Assembly (NCBI GenBank): GCA_022826745.1
Contig: JAJDUI010000012.1
Coordinates: 69,378-133,377, forward strand
Direction: 5' to 3'
DNA: 64,000 nt
Origin: Thermoanaerobaculia bacterium
Lineage (GTDB): Bacteria > Acidobacteriota > Thermoanaerobaculia > Multivoradales > Multivoraceae
The notes under the pieces were generated by a model. It ran no database searches and had not been told where the DNA came from. It was given only the letters and a program-made list of their open reading frames with translations. Below are positions 52,220-61,842 of the stretch, piece after piece (positions within the stretch are counted from its first letter, which is position 1; every line of letters begins with the position of its first letter). The position numbers were made by a program, and so were the translations under genes.

Positions 52220-52246
52220 CGCCCGACCGCGGGTCACGGTCGGGCG
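52220..52246 (-). terminator. hairpin downstream of the isoprenyl transferase gene
   Basis: Perfect 10-bp stem CGCCCGACCG (52220-52229) / CGGTCGGGCG (52237-52246) with a 7-nt loop. It lies 40 nt past the stop at 52286. On the minus strand it is followed by TATTGG, a weak U-tract. Confidence 0.5.
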
Positions 52247-52285
52247 GCTACCGCGGCTGTCCTGTGTTCCTGGTGTCCCCGAATC

Positions 52286-53149
52286 TCAACGTCCTCTGCG
52301 GCGCTGGCGGCTGCTGTACGACCGCAACGCGCGCAGAAGGTCGATCTTACGCAGAGCGGGCCAGTGCGTGTCGCAGAAGTAGTACTCGGAGTAGGTGCTC
52401 TGCCAGAGCAGGAAGCCGCTCAGGCGGACCTCGCCGCTGGTGCGGAGGATCAGGTCCGGCTCGGGCTGGCCCGAGGTGTAGAGGTAGCGCTCGATGGACG
52501 AGGCGCTGAACTCGTCGACGACCTCGTCGAGAGACTTGCCGACCGCCGAGTTGTCCAGCAGGTAGTTGCGGAAGGCGCTGGCGATCTCCTCGCGGCCGCC
52601 GTAGGCCATCGCGATGTTCAGTCGGTAGCGGTCGTAGCCGCTGGTGGCCGCCTCCGCCTCCCGGATCGCGGTCTGGAGGCTCTCCGGCAGGAGCTCGATC
52701 TGTCCCAGGAACCGCACGCGGATGCCCTTCTGATGGACATCGTCATGGTTCGTGAGCTCCCGGGTCTTCTCCTCGAACAGATCGAACAGGGCCTGCACTT
52801 CCTTCGCGGAGCGATTGAAGTTGTCGAGCGACATGCTCCATACCGTGACGGTCGAAACCTGCGCTTCGTAGCACCAGTTGAGCACCTCCCAGAGCTTCTC
52901 GGCGCCCCGGAAGTGCCCGGCGCTGACGTTGCCGAGCCCCTGCTGGCGCGCGAAGCGCCGGTTCCCGTCCATGATCAGTCCGATGTGTTGAGGCAACCTC
53001 CAGGTTCGCACCTTGGACTCGAGCCGGCGCTGGTAGGCGACGTAGAACGGCCACTTGATCAGGGCCTTGACACGCCGCCAGAGTTCGCTCGCGGGGCGCG
53101 CTTCGCGCACCGGGACGGCACCTGATTCGACCGAGTCGAAAACGCTCAT
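52286..53149 (-). CDS. uppS: isoprenyl transferase (undecaprenyl-diphosphate synthase family)
   Basis: 287-aa ORF with 'PQHIGLIMDGNRRFARQQG', 'VSTVTVWSMSLDNFNR' and 'LILRTSGEVRLSGFLLWQSTYSEYYF'. Confidence 0.85.
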   Translation of the reverse strand: MSVFDSVESGAVPVREARPASELWRRVKALIKWPFYVAYQRRLESKVRTWRLPQHIGLIMDGNRRFARQQGLGNVSAGHFRGAEKLWEVLNWCYEAQVSTVTVWSMSLDNFNRSAKEVQALFDLFEEKTRELTNHDDVHQKGIRVRFLGQIELLPESLQTAIREAEAATSGYDRYRLNIAMAYGGREEIASAFRNYLLDNSAVGKSLDEVVDEFSASSIERYLYTSGQPEPDLILRTSGEVRLSGFLLWQSTYSEYYFCDTHWPALRKIDLLRALRSYSSRQRRRGR

Positions 53150-53295
53150 CCGGAATCCTGCCGTCGTTCGTCCCGTTGCTGTTGCGGAAGCCTGTACACG
53201 CCCGAAATCTCTCTCCCCGCTGTGTTACTTTTCGCTGGCGCCCTTTTGCCGCCGTCCGCTCAACAACCGCAAGCCGCGCCAAGGCCACGCCACCG

Positions 53296-54657
53296 ATGAC
53301 ACCGCGAGACTCTCAGGAGTCGACCCGGCATCATAGCGACGTTCGAGATCGACAACGCCGCTCCAGGCGACTGATCTTCCCGGTTCTGTCACTGTTCGCT
53401 ATCGCCAGCCTGGCCGGACCCGCGGCGACGCCGGCGCTGGAGACGACCGACGGCACCGAAGCGCTGAGGCTGTACCTCGACTGCGACTGGGGCTGCGACT
53501 TCACGTTCCTGCGCAGCCAGGTCACCTACGTCAACTGGGTGCGTGACCGCCGCGACGCCGAGGTTCACATTCTCGTGACCATCCAGTCCGGCGGCAACTC
53601 CCGCGAGTACACCTTCAACTTCATCGGCCTGGAGCGCTTCGAGGGAGTGGACCAGAGGCTGATCCACACGTCCTCGTTCACCGACACGGACGACGAGCGC
53701 CGCCGCGGCATCCAGCGCCTCCTGGAGCTGGGCCTGGTGCGCTACGTGCTGGAAACGCCGCAGGCCGAAGGGCTCGCAGTGGAGTTCGAGAACGGGGAAG
53801 AGCAAGGCGAGCCACACACGCTCGTGGTGGACGACCCCTGGAATCACTGGGTCTACCGCCTTCGGCTGAACACCGACTTCCGAAGCGAGGATCGGAGAGA
53901 CTCGCAGTCTTACCAGGCGAGTGCTTCGGCGGGCCGCACGACGGACCTGTGGCGCATGGGAATGGGCGTCTTCTACTCCTACCGGGAAAGCAACTTCGAG
54001 TTCGAGGACGGCAGCACCTTCAAGAACGTCTCGCGGAGCACGAACTACTTCGGCCAGGTGATCCGCACGCTGGCCCCGCACTGGGGAGTCGGCGTCGGCG
54101 CCAGCAGCCGGGAGTCGACCTTCCTGAACCTGGAGAACTCCTACCGCGCGGCGGCGGCCATCGAATACAACTACTTTCCCTACAGCGAATCGTCCGAGCG
54201 CGAGTTCACGTTCGCCTACTTCATCGGCGGTACCAGCCTCGACTACGAGGAGATCACCGTCTTCGACAAGCTGGAGGAGACCTTCACCGACCAGGGCGCG
54301 TACATCGCCTTCGGCATGGAGAGGCCCTGGGGCGAAGCCCACCTCGACCTCCAGTACAGCCACTTCATCGACGACTTCGACCGCAGCCGGATCGAGTTCA
54401 GCACCGACATCGAGTACCACATCGTGCGTGGACTGAGCTTCGACCTCTACGCCGGCATATCGAGGATCCGGGACCAGATCTACCTGCCGAAGGGCGGCGC
54501 GACCGATGCCGAGGTCCTCGTCGCCAGACGCCAGCTGGAGACGGACCTCTCCTTCCGCGGCGGCATCCAGCTCCGCTACACGTTCGGCTCGATCTACAAC
54601 AACGTCGTGAACTCCCGGCTCAGCAGCGAGAGCGGCGGCTTCTCCCGCATCTTCTAG
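53296..54657 (+). CDS. putative outer-membrane beta-barrel protein
   Basis: Likely ATG at 53296, with the signal-like segment 'LIFPVLSLFAIASLAGPAATPA'. The second half shows an alternating amphipathic pattern, and the terminal '...GGFSRIF' ends in Phe as in many OMPs. I recognise no family. Confidence 0.5.
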   Translation: MTPRDSQESTRHHSDVRDRQRRSRRLIFPVLSLFAIASLAGPAATPALETTDGTEALRLYLDCDWGCDFTFLRSQVTYVNWVRDRRDAEVHILVTIQSGGNSREYTFNFIGLERFEGVDQRLIHTSSFTDTDDERRRGIQRLLELGLVRYVLETPQAEGLAVEFENGEEQGEPHTLVVDDPWNHWVYRLRLNTDFRSEDRRDSQSYQASASAGRTTDLWRMGMGVFYSYRESNFEFEDGSTFKNVSRSTNYFGQVIRTLAPHWGVGVGASSRESTFLNLENSYRAAAAIEYNYFPYSESSEREFTFAYFIGGTSLDYEEITVFDKLEETFTDQGAYIAFGMERPWGEAHLDLQYSHFIDDFDRSRIEFSTDIEYHIVRGLSFDLYAGISRIRDQIYLPKGGATDAEVLVARRQLETDLSFRGGIQLRYTFGSIYNNVVNSRLSSESGGFSRIF

Positions 54658-54692
54658 AAGCCGCCCGCGGCCCGCTCCGCTATCGTGGCGGA

Positions 54693-56045
54693 ATGACTGT
54701 CGTCATCGCCGGTGGCGGCGACATCGCGTACCGGCTCGCGTCCTCCCTGGCGCGTGAGGAGGACGTGTTCGTCGTTCTGCCGTCAGAAGCGAACCGCGGC
54801 CGCTTCGAGCACCTGGACCTGCAGATCACGGTTGGCCCGGCGGCCAGTCGCTCGACGCTGCAGCAGGTCGGTCTCGGTGACCGGGACACGTTCATCGCCT
54901 GCGCGGACTCGGACGAACGCAACATCATCGCCTGCCTCGCGGCCCGCGGCCGGTCGCAGGCCACGACGTACTGCTTCATCTCGCAGGACGAGCACCACGA
55001 GAGTTTCAACGACCCCGAGCAGACGACCCTCGAAGAAGTGATCGACCACCTGATCTGGCCCCAGTGGTCGCTCGCCAGGGAGATCGCGCGGATCGTGCTG
55101 GAGCCGCGAGCGCTCGACGTGGAGAACTTCCACCGCGGCAGGGTCTGGCTGATGGAGTACCGGTTGCCGGCGGACTCTCCCCTCTGCGGGAAGACGCTCG
55201 CCCAGGCGCCCCTGCCGCCGAACTCCCTCGTCGTCAGCCGCGTGAGCAACGGCGAACTGATCGTTCCACGGGGGCAGGACCGCCTGGAGGCCGGCGACAA
55301 GGTGCTGTTCATGGGTCGGCGCAACGCGCTTCGGCAGGTCGCGAAGCAGTTCTTCGCCGCGCCGGAGACCGTCGTGCGCAGCGTGACGATCATCGGCGGC
55401 GGCCGCACGGGAAGGCTCCTGGCGCAGGAGCTGACGCAGGGCCTCTGGCCCGAGGTAAGGGTCATCGAGGTCTCGCGACGCCGTTGCGAGGACATCGCAA
55501 GCCAGGTCGGCCGTGCCATCGTCTTCTGCGGCGACGGCACGGACCTGAACGTCCTGGAAGAAGTCGGCGTCGCGCGCAGCGACGCTCTGGTCGCCATGGC
55601 CGGCGACGACCAGACGAACCTCCTCTGCTCGCTGATTGCCAAACAACTGGGGATTCCGAAGGTCGTGACCGGCGTCAGCCAGGACACGAGCAGCGCCCTG
55701 TTCGAGCGGGTCGGCATCGACGTCACCCTGAACGCCCGCGCCGCCGCGATCGCCGAGGTGTTGCACCAGATTCAGGCGCCGCGCCTGCAGTACCGGGCCA
55801 CGCTCGAGGCCGGGCGAGCGGAAGTCGTCGAAGTCGCCGTGCCGCCGGACTTCGAGACGAGCCGGCTGCGCGACATGGACATGCCGACCGGCGTCATCGT
55901 CGGCGCCGTCCTGCGGCAATACAACACGATCGTGCCCGGCGGCGACGATGAAGTGCGGGCCGGCGACCGCCTGCTGGTCGTTGCCACGCCCGAGGGCGCG
56001 GAGACCGTAGGTCCCGCCTTCGGTCTGACGCCGGACGCCTCGTAG
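54693..56045 (+). CDS. trkA: Trk system potassium uptake protein TrkA (two RCK/NAD-binding modules)
   Basis: ATG at 54693, inside track ORF 53949..56045. It has 'MTVVIAGGGDIAYRLA' and a second Rossmann motif 'VTIIGGGRTGRLLA', with RCK_C-like 'GDRLLVVATPEG'. It is adjacent to trkH. Confidence 0.85.
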   Translation: MTVVIAGGGDIAYRLASSLAREEDVFVVLPSEANRGRFEHLDLQITVGPAASRSTLQQVGLGDRDTFIACADSDERNIIACLAARGRSQATTYCFISQDEHHESFNDPEQTTLEEVIDHLIWPQWSLAREIARIVLEPRALDVENFHRGRVWLMEYRLPADSPLCGKTLAQAPLPPNSLVVSRVSNGELIVPRGQDRLEAGDKVLFMGRRNALRQVAKQFFAAPETVVRSVTIIGGGRTGRLLAQELTQGLWPEVRVIEVSRRRCEDIASQVGRAIVFCGDGTDLNVLEEVGVARSDALVAMAGDDQTNLLCSLIAKQLGIPKVVTGVSQDTSSALFERVGIDVTLNARAAAIAEVLHQIQAPRLQYRATLEAGRAEVVEVAVPPDFETSRLRDMDMPTGVIVGAVLRQYNTIVPGGDDEVRAGDRLLVVATPEGAETVGPAFGLTPDAS

Positions 56046-56053
56046 CGCCGCCC

Positions 56054-57532
56054 GTGCGCGTCTCCCTGGTCCTCCGCACGACCCTGGCCCTGGTGGGCTG
56101 CTTCGGAGCCGTCCTGCTGGCGCCGTCGGCGGTCGAGGCGGCCTACGGACACAGCCGCAGTGCGATCGCCTTTCTCGGCGCGGCCCTGCTCGCCATTGTG
56201 CTGGGGCTGGGTTCCAGGCTCCTGCCGGGCCGGGGGCTCGAGATGCGGAGGATGGAAGGGCTCGCGACCGTGGCCGTGGCCTGGTTGTTGCTGGTCCTGA
56301 TCGGCGCCATCCCCTACTCCGCGAACGGCTTCGCCCCGACCGACGCGCTGTTCGAGTCGATGTCGGGGCTGACCGGCACCGGCGCCACGATCCTCACCGA
56401 CTTCGACGCGGTCAGCGAGGGCATCTTCCTGTGGCGCAGCCTGAGCGAGTGGGTGGGCAGCATGGGCATCATCGCCCTCTTCATCGCCGTGCTGCCCGCG
56501 CTCCGCATCGCCGGCCGCCAGATGTTCTTCGCCGAAGCGCCGGGGCCCACGGAGGAGCGCCTCACGCCCCGGATCCGCAACACGGCGCTCTACCTCTACT
56601 CGTTCTACGTCGGCCTGACCGCCCTGGAGATCGGCCTCCTCATCCGGTTCGGCATGCCGCCCTTCGACGCCGTCTGCAACTCCCTCTCCACCGTGTCGGC
56701 CGGCGGCTTCTCTCCCAACCCGAGCAGCATCGGCGGCTACGGCAGCAGCCTGATCGAGTGGACCGTCATGGCGTTCATGCTCCTGGCCGGAGCGAACTAC
56801 GCCTTCCAGTTCCAGGTCGTTCGGGGCCGACCGCTCACGTTGTTGAGAAGCGAGGAGTTCCGGCTCTACGTCCTGATCGTGCTCTGCGCGACCCTGCTGC
56901 TGGCCTGCACGCTGAAGAGCGACGAAGTGCCACTGTGGGAATGGGTCGCCACGGACGCCCTGTCGGAGGAGACCCTGCGGCGCGCCGGCTTCCAGGCGCT
57001 CACGATCATCACGACGACCGGATTCGCGACCGAGGATTTCGCGCTCTGGGCCCAGGGCAGCCAGACGATCCTCCTGCTGCTCATGTTCTGCGGCGGCTGC
57101 GGCGGTTCAGCGGCCGGCGGCCCCAAACTCGTGCGGGTATGGCTGATCGCCAAGTCGACCCTGCTCGAACTGTTCCAGACCGTCTTTCCGCGGGCCGTGC
57201 GGCCCCTGCGCCTGGACGGCCGCAGAGTGCCCGACGACGTGATCCGCGCCGTCGTCTCGTTCCTGCTTCTATACCTCGTGCTGTTCGCCCTGAGCGTCGG
57301 GGTCGTGGGGCTGGCAGGCACGGACATGCCCACCGCGGTGACCGCCAGCATCGCCACCCTGGGCAACATCGGCCCGGGCCTCGGAGACGTCGGCCCGTTC
57401 GGCAGCTACGCCCACTTTCCCGATGCAATCAAGGTCTACCTGTCTCTCAACATGTGGATCGGCCGGCTCGAGATCATCACCGTCCTGATCTTCCTGCACC
57501 CCGCCGCCTGGCTGGGCATTCGCTGGCGGTAG
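56054..57532 (+). CDS. trkH: TrkH-family potassium transporter
   Basis: 492-aa polytopic ORF with selectivity-filter-like motifs 'SGLTGTGATI', 'STVSAGGFS', 'ITTTGFAT' and 'ATLGNIGPGLG'. Confidence 0.85.
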   Translation: MRVSLVLRTTLALVGCFGAVLLAPSAVEAAYGHSRSAIAFLGAALLAIVLGLGSRLLPGRGLEMRRMEGLATVAVAWLLLVLIGAIPYSANGFAPTDALFESMSGLTGTGATILTDFDAVSEGIFLWRSLSEWVGSMGIIALFIAVLPALRIAGRQMFFAEAPGPTEERLTPRIRNTALYLYSFYVGLTALEIGLLIRFGMPPFDAVCNSLSTVSAGGFSPNPSSIGGYGSSLIEWTVMAFMLLAGANYAFQFQVVRGRPLTLLRSEEFRLYVLIVLCATLLLACTLKSDEVPLWEWVATDALSEETLRRAGFQALTIITTTGFATEDFALWAQGSQTILLLLMFCGGCGGSAAGGPKLVRVWLIAKSTLLELFQTVFPRAVRPLRLDGRRVPDDVIRAVVSFLLLYLVLFALSVGVVGLAGTDMPTAVTASIATLGNIGPGLGDVGPFGSYAHFPDAIKVYLSLNMWIGRLEIITVLIFLHPAAWLGIRWR

Positions 57533-57553
57533 CGCTGCTACAGTCCGCTTCCC

Positions 57554-58381
57554 ATGGAACTCCTGGCGTCCGGCTACACGCTGATCGAGGGCCCTCGAGT
57601 CGACGCTGCTGACCGCCTCTACTTCAGCGACGTCCACAACGGCGGCGTCTACCGGCGCAGCCCTGACGGCGAGATCGAGACCGTCGTGCCGAAACGCCGG
57701 GGCGTTGGCGGCATCGCGCTCCACGCCGACGGCGGCATCGTCTGCTCCGGGCGCAACATCTGTCACGTCAAGGACGGCGTCACGCGCGTCCTCTTCGACC
57801 CGCCGGACACGCCCGGTTTCAACGACCTGTTCGTGGACTCGAAGGGCCGAATCATCTGCGGCACGATGCGCACGAACCCCTTCGGCGGGGCCACGGAGCG
57901 CACGCCCGGAGAGTGCTGGCGGATCGAAGCGGAAGGCGAAGCGGTCGAGCTCTACGGCGACGTGAACCTGACCAACGGCATCGGCTTCTCGCCCGACGGA
58001 CGTACCCTGTACCATGCCGACACCGCCATGGGGCACGTGATTGCCCACGACGTGACGAACGATGGCCGTTGCGTGAACCGACGCGGCATCGCCGAACCGG
58101 ACCGCGGCCGCCCCGACGGCCTCGCCGTCGACGAGGAGGGCTGCCTCTGGGTCGCCTGCTTCGCCGGTGGCTGCGTGACCCGCTTCGACCCAGCGGGGCG
58201 CATCCTCAGCCACCTGGAAGTTCCCGCCAGGAACATCACCAGCGTCTGCTTCGGCGGCAGCGACCGCCGCGACCTCTACGTCGTCACCGCCGGCGACCCG
58301 GACGACCCCGAGAGCAGCGGCTCGATCTTCCTGACGCGCGCAGCGGTTGCAGGGCTGCCGGTACCAATGGCGACGATCTGA
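57554..58381 (+). CDS. SMP-30/gluconolactonase/LRE-family protein
   Basis: 275-aa ORF with 'LIEGPRVDAADRLYFSDV', 'NGIGFSPDGRTLYHADT', 'PDGLAVDEEGCLWVA' and 'ITSVCFGGSDRRDLYVVTA'. Confidence 0.85.
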   Translation: MELLASGYTLIEGPRVDAADRLYFSDVHNGGVYRRSPDGEIETVVPKRRGVGGIALHADGGIVCSGRNICHVKDGVTRVLFDPPDTPGFNDLFVDSKGRIICGTMRTNPFGGATERTPGECWRIEAEGEAVELYGDVNLTNGIGFSPDGRTLYHADTAMGHVIAHDVTNDGRCVNRRGIAEPDRGRPDGLAVDEEGCLWVACFAGGCVTRFDPAGRILSHLEVPARNITSVCFGGSDRRDLYVVTAGDPDDPESSGSIFLTRAAVAGLPVPMATI

Positions 58382-58385
58382 CGAG

Positions 58386-59825
58386 CTAGGAACCCAGGCG
58401 CTCGACCTCGTAGACGACCCGGCCGAACACGTCGCGGTGCCGCAGCACGATCCGTGGCCGCTCACCGACCCAGTCGACGTCGACGCTGAGGAACCCGCCG
58501 CCGACTCGGTGGAAGCGGTGATACTCGCCGTCCTCGCCGGGTGTGCCGCCGGCGTGGGCGTCGCTGGCCGGGCCGACGGAGAACTCGTTGAGCCCGGTCT
58601 CGGGGTGAACCGAGTGGTACTGCCAGTGGCGGTCGCCGACGATGACCAGGAAGCGGTCGTCCAGGTTCGCGCGGAACCACTCGCGGATCGCGTCGCCTTC
58701 GTGGCTGAAGGTCGCGTTGGCGTGATTGTCGGCCTTGTTGCTGCGATCCGGGCCGACGATCGGCGTGGGCGAAACGAGGACCTTCCAGTCCGCGTCGCTG
58801 GCGAGCAGGGACTCCCGCAGCCAGCGCCACTGCTCGGCGCCCCAGATCGTCTTGCCGGGACCGTCCGGCATGTCGTTGGGCGAACGGAAGTCGCGGCCTT
58901 CGACCAGCCAGAGCTGCAGCCCTTTGCCCCAGCGGATGGTCCGGTACGGGCGTTCCGGCGCCGGGTTCTGCTCCGCGAACACGGCCAGGCCTTCCTCGAA
59001 GGTCAACGGCGCGGAGATACCGGGTTCGATCCCGGGCCAGGAGTCGTTTCGCAGCAGGTCGTGGTCGTCCTTGAGCCAGTAGCCGGGGACCGAACGCAGG
59101 AAGGAGGCGATCGCCGGCAGGGTGAACATCCGTTGCCAGTGGTAGCGCGCGAGTTCGACCGATGTCGCGCGCGGCGACTCGTTGTCCAGGTAGACGTTGT
59201 CGCCGATCGACAGGTAGAAGTCGGGCCGCTCGGCCGCCATCGACGGATAGATCCTGAAACCGTCCGGACGGTCGCGACGGCCGTAGTACTGGCAGGTCAT
59301 CGCGGTGAAGCGAATCGGCCGCCGCCGGTCGGGCGCCGGAGCGGTTCGGAAGCTCGCCGTTTCGAGGGCGCTCCTCGTGTCGCCCGCCGTCGGGCGCGCG
59401 TCGACGGTGACCAGGTAGGCGGTGTCCGGCGTCAGCTCGTCGAAGGCCACCTGACGAGTGAAGTCGCCGTCCGCATCGGTCCGCAGCCAGCCGGAGACAC
59501 GCACCGGATTCGCACCGTCGTTGGTGCCGACCGGCTCGGCGTCACGGAGCGTGACCCGGACCTCACCGTCCGCGCCCGGAACGGCGCCCTCGAGCGACGA
59601 GACGTCCACCCCCGCCGCAACGGTGACGACCGGCCGGCCTGAGATCTCAGGGCCGCTCCGCCGCCGCGGCTCGGCCGTGGTCCGGGTCCAGACCACCGCA
59701 GAGGTCGCGGTTACCTCCCCCACCCGGACGCCGCTGGCGAGGAACACCGCATCCGCCGCGTCGCCGGCCGGCTGCGCCGCCGCCGCGCCGGCCAACAGGA
59801 CGAGCGCGATGAGAGAGCGAATCAA
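58386..59825 (-). CDS. PhoD-like phosphatase (metallophosphatase), secreted
   Basis: Only the last 480 codons of track ORF 58386..60794 look real. The TTG start at 59825 overlaps the SDR stop (TTGA) and gives 'MIRSLIALVLLAGAAAAQPAGD'. It has 'FYLSIGDNVYLD', 'WLKDDHDLLRND' and 'VIVGDRHWQYH'. Confidence 0.75.
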   Translation of the reverse strand: MIRSLIALVLLAGAAAAQPAGDAADAVFLASGVRVGEVTATSAVVWTRTTAEPRRRSGPEISGRPVVTVAAGVDVSSLEGAVPGADGEVRVTLRDAEPVGTNDGANPVRVSGWLRTDADGDFTRQVAFDELTPDTAYLVTVDARPTAGDTRSALETASFRTAPAPDRRRPIRFTAMTCQYYGRRDRPDGFRIYPSMAAERPDFYLSIGDNVYLDNESPRATSVELARYHWQRMFTLPAIASFLRSVPGYWLKDDHDLLRNDSWPGIEPGISAPLTFEEGLAVFAEQNPAPERPYRTIRWGKGLQLWLVEGRDFRSPNDMPDGPGKTIWGAEQWRWLRESLLASDADWKVLVSPTPIVGPDRSNKADNHANATFSHEGDAIREWFRANLDDRFLVIVGDRHWQYHSVHPETGLNEFSVGPASDAHAGGTPGEDGEYHRFHRVGGGFLSVDVDWVGERPRIVLRHRDVFGRVVYEVERLGS

Positions 59826-60589
59826 CCGCAGCCCAGCACTCCGCCGTCGACGGTGAAGGTCTGGCCCGTGGTCCACGAGCCCGCCCGCGACGCGAGGTAG
59901 ACCGCGATGCCCGCGCAGTCGACCGGCTCGCCGAGGCGCCGCAGCGGCGTCCTTCCGGCGACCGCCTGCTCCCGCTGCGGGTCCTCCCACAGGGCGCGGG
60001 CGAAGTTCGTCTTGACCAGCCCGGGGCAGACGGCGTTGACGCGGATGTTGTCGGGACCGAACTCCGCCGCCAGGTTCCGCGCGAGCTGCATGTCCGCGGC
60101 CTTCGAGATCGCGTAGGCGCCGAGCATCGAGTTGCCGCGGAAGCCGCCGACCGAGGACACGATGACGATCGACCCGTCCTTGCGCTCCTGCATCTCGGGA
60201 ATCACCATCTGGCAAAGCCAGTGGACGCTCTTGATGTTGACCTCCATCACCTTGTCGAACGCCGAGTCCGGAATGCCCAGGCTCGATCCGTAGTACGGAT
60301 TGACCGCGGCGTTGACGACCAGATTGTCGATCTTCCCCCAGCGCTCCCGGGTCGCCGCGACCAGCCGTTCCAGCTGGTCCTTGTGGCCGACGTGGCAGGG
60401 GTGCGCCATCGCCTCGCCGCCGTTCTCGTTGATCGAGGCCGCGACCGCGTCGCAGGCATCCGCCTTGCGGCTCGAGATGACCACCTTCGAACCAAAGGCT
60501 GCCAGGGCTTCCGCCATCGCCTTGCCGATGCCCTTCGTCGATCCGGTGATGACGCTCACTCTGCCGGTGAGGTCGAAGAGATCCTTCAT
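59822..60589 (-). CDS. SDR-family oxidoreductase
   Basis: 255-aa ORF with 'VITGSTKGIGKAMA' (TGxxxGxG), 'NAAV' and 'YAISKAA' (YxxxK). Confidence 0.85.
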   Translation of the reverse strand: MKDLFDLTGRVSVITGSTKGIGKAMAEALAAFGSKVVISSRKADACDAVAASINENGGEAMAHPCHVGHKDQLERLVAATRERWGKIDNLVVNAAVNPYYGSSLGIPDSAFDKVMEVNIKSVHWLCQMVIPEMQERKDGSIVIVSSVGGFRGNSMLGAYAISKAADMQLARNLAAEFGPDNIRVNAVCPGLVKTNFARALWEDPQREQAVAGRTPLRRLGEPVDCAGIAVYLASRAGSWTTGQTFTVDGGVLGCG

Positions 60590-60666
60590 CGTGCGCTTCT
60601 CCTTGTACGAGGGTTGAGGGCCGCAGAGGGTACCAGCCTGCGGCCGCTGTTACAGTCCCCGCCGCG

Positions 60667-61842
60667 ATGACCGACGCCCCGCACCCAGGCGGCCCGCCCG
60701 CGGACCCGATTCCCATGCGGGTCGGCATGACCGCTCCTGAAGCGTTCCCGGCCGCCGAAATGGCCGAGGCGGCCGGCCGCGCCATCCTCGACATCGGTAA
60801 GGACTTCGCCTTCTACCCCGGGGATCTCGGCCATGCCGGCCTGCGCGAGGTGCTCGCCCGGCGGGAAGCGGATCGCGAAGGCGCGGACTTCGACCCCGAC
60901 GAGGTCGCGCTGACCAACGGCTCCATGCAGGCAGTGACCCTGGTGGGCAGGGTGTTGATGGAAGAGCCCGGCGACGTCGTGATCACGGAGGAGACGACCT
61001 ACTCGGGCACGCTCGGCGCTTACCGAGGGCTCGGCTACCGCCTGGTCGGTGTGCCGGTAGACGGACAGGGCATGGACATCGACGCACTGCGCGGAACGCT
61101 GGCATGCCTTGCAGCGGACGGTCACAAACCGCGCTTCATCTACACGCTGCCGACCTACCACAACCCCACCGGCGCGGTGATGCCCCGCGAGCGGCGCCTC
61201 AAAATGATCGAGGCCGCTCGCGAGTTCGACGTCCTCCTGGTCGAGGACAACTGCTACGCCGACGTCCACTACGAAGACGCGCCGCGACCGCCGCAGAGCC
61301 TCTACACGCTGGCAAACGGCGAGGGCGTCGTGTACATCGGCTCGCTGTCCAAGATCCTCGGCGCCGGCGTCCGCATCGGCTACTTCCTCGCGAAGCCGCC
61401 GCTCCAGCAGCGCTTCCTGGACGAGCGTTTCGACGCCGGCCAGAGCACCCTGTCGTCCAGCATCGTCGCCGAACTGCTGCGCGGCCGCCTGCCCGCGCAG
61501 ATCGCGCGCAACAACGCCGCCCTGCTGCCGAAGCGCGACGCGCTGCTCACGGCGCTCGGCGAGCAGCTCGGCGGCGTCTGCACCTGGCGCAAGCCGGCCG
61601 GCGCCATGTTCCTGTGGGTCGGCCTGCCCGAAGAAGTCGACCGCGAAGCGCTGTTCGCGGTGTGCGAGCAGCGCGGCCTCGACTACGGCTACGGCGCCGC
61701 CTACCACGCCGATGGCGAGGACGTACCGTTCCTGCGCCTCGCCTACGCCTGCCCCTCCGTTGACGGGATCCGCGAAGGGGTGGAGTTGCTGGCTGAGTGC
61801 CTGCGGGAAGTGGCGCCGGACGTTTTCGCTCAGTCCACGTAG
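60667..61842 (+). CDS. PLP-dependent aminotransferase (class I/II)
   Basis: 391-aa ORF with 'YTLPTYHNPTGAVM', 'LVEDNCYADV' and 'GSLSKILGAGVRIGY' (PLP lysine). Confidence 0.8.
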   Translation: MTDAPHPGGPPADPIPMRVGMTAPEAFPAAEMAEAAGRAILDIGKDFAFYPGDLGHAGLREVLARREADREGADFDPDEVALTNGSMQAVTLVGRVLMEEPGDVVITEETTYSGTLGAYRGLGYRLVGVPVDGQGMDIDALRGTLACLAADGHKPRFIYTLPTYHNPTGAVMPRERRLKMIEAAREFDVLLVEDNCYADVHYEDAPRPPQSLYTLANGEGVVYIGSLSKILGAGVRIGYFLAKPPLQQRFLDERFDAGQSTLSSSIVAELLRGRLPAQIARNNAALLPKRDALLTALGEQLGGVCTWRKPAGAMFLWVGLPEEVDREALFAVCEQRGLDYGYGAAYHADGEDVPFLRLAYACPSVDGIREGVELLAECLREVAPDVFAQST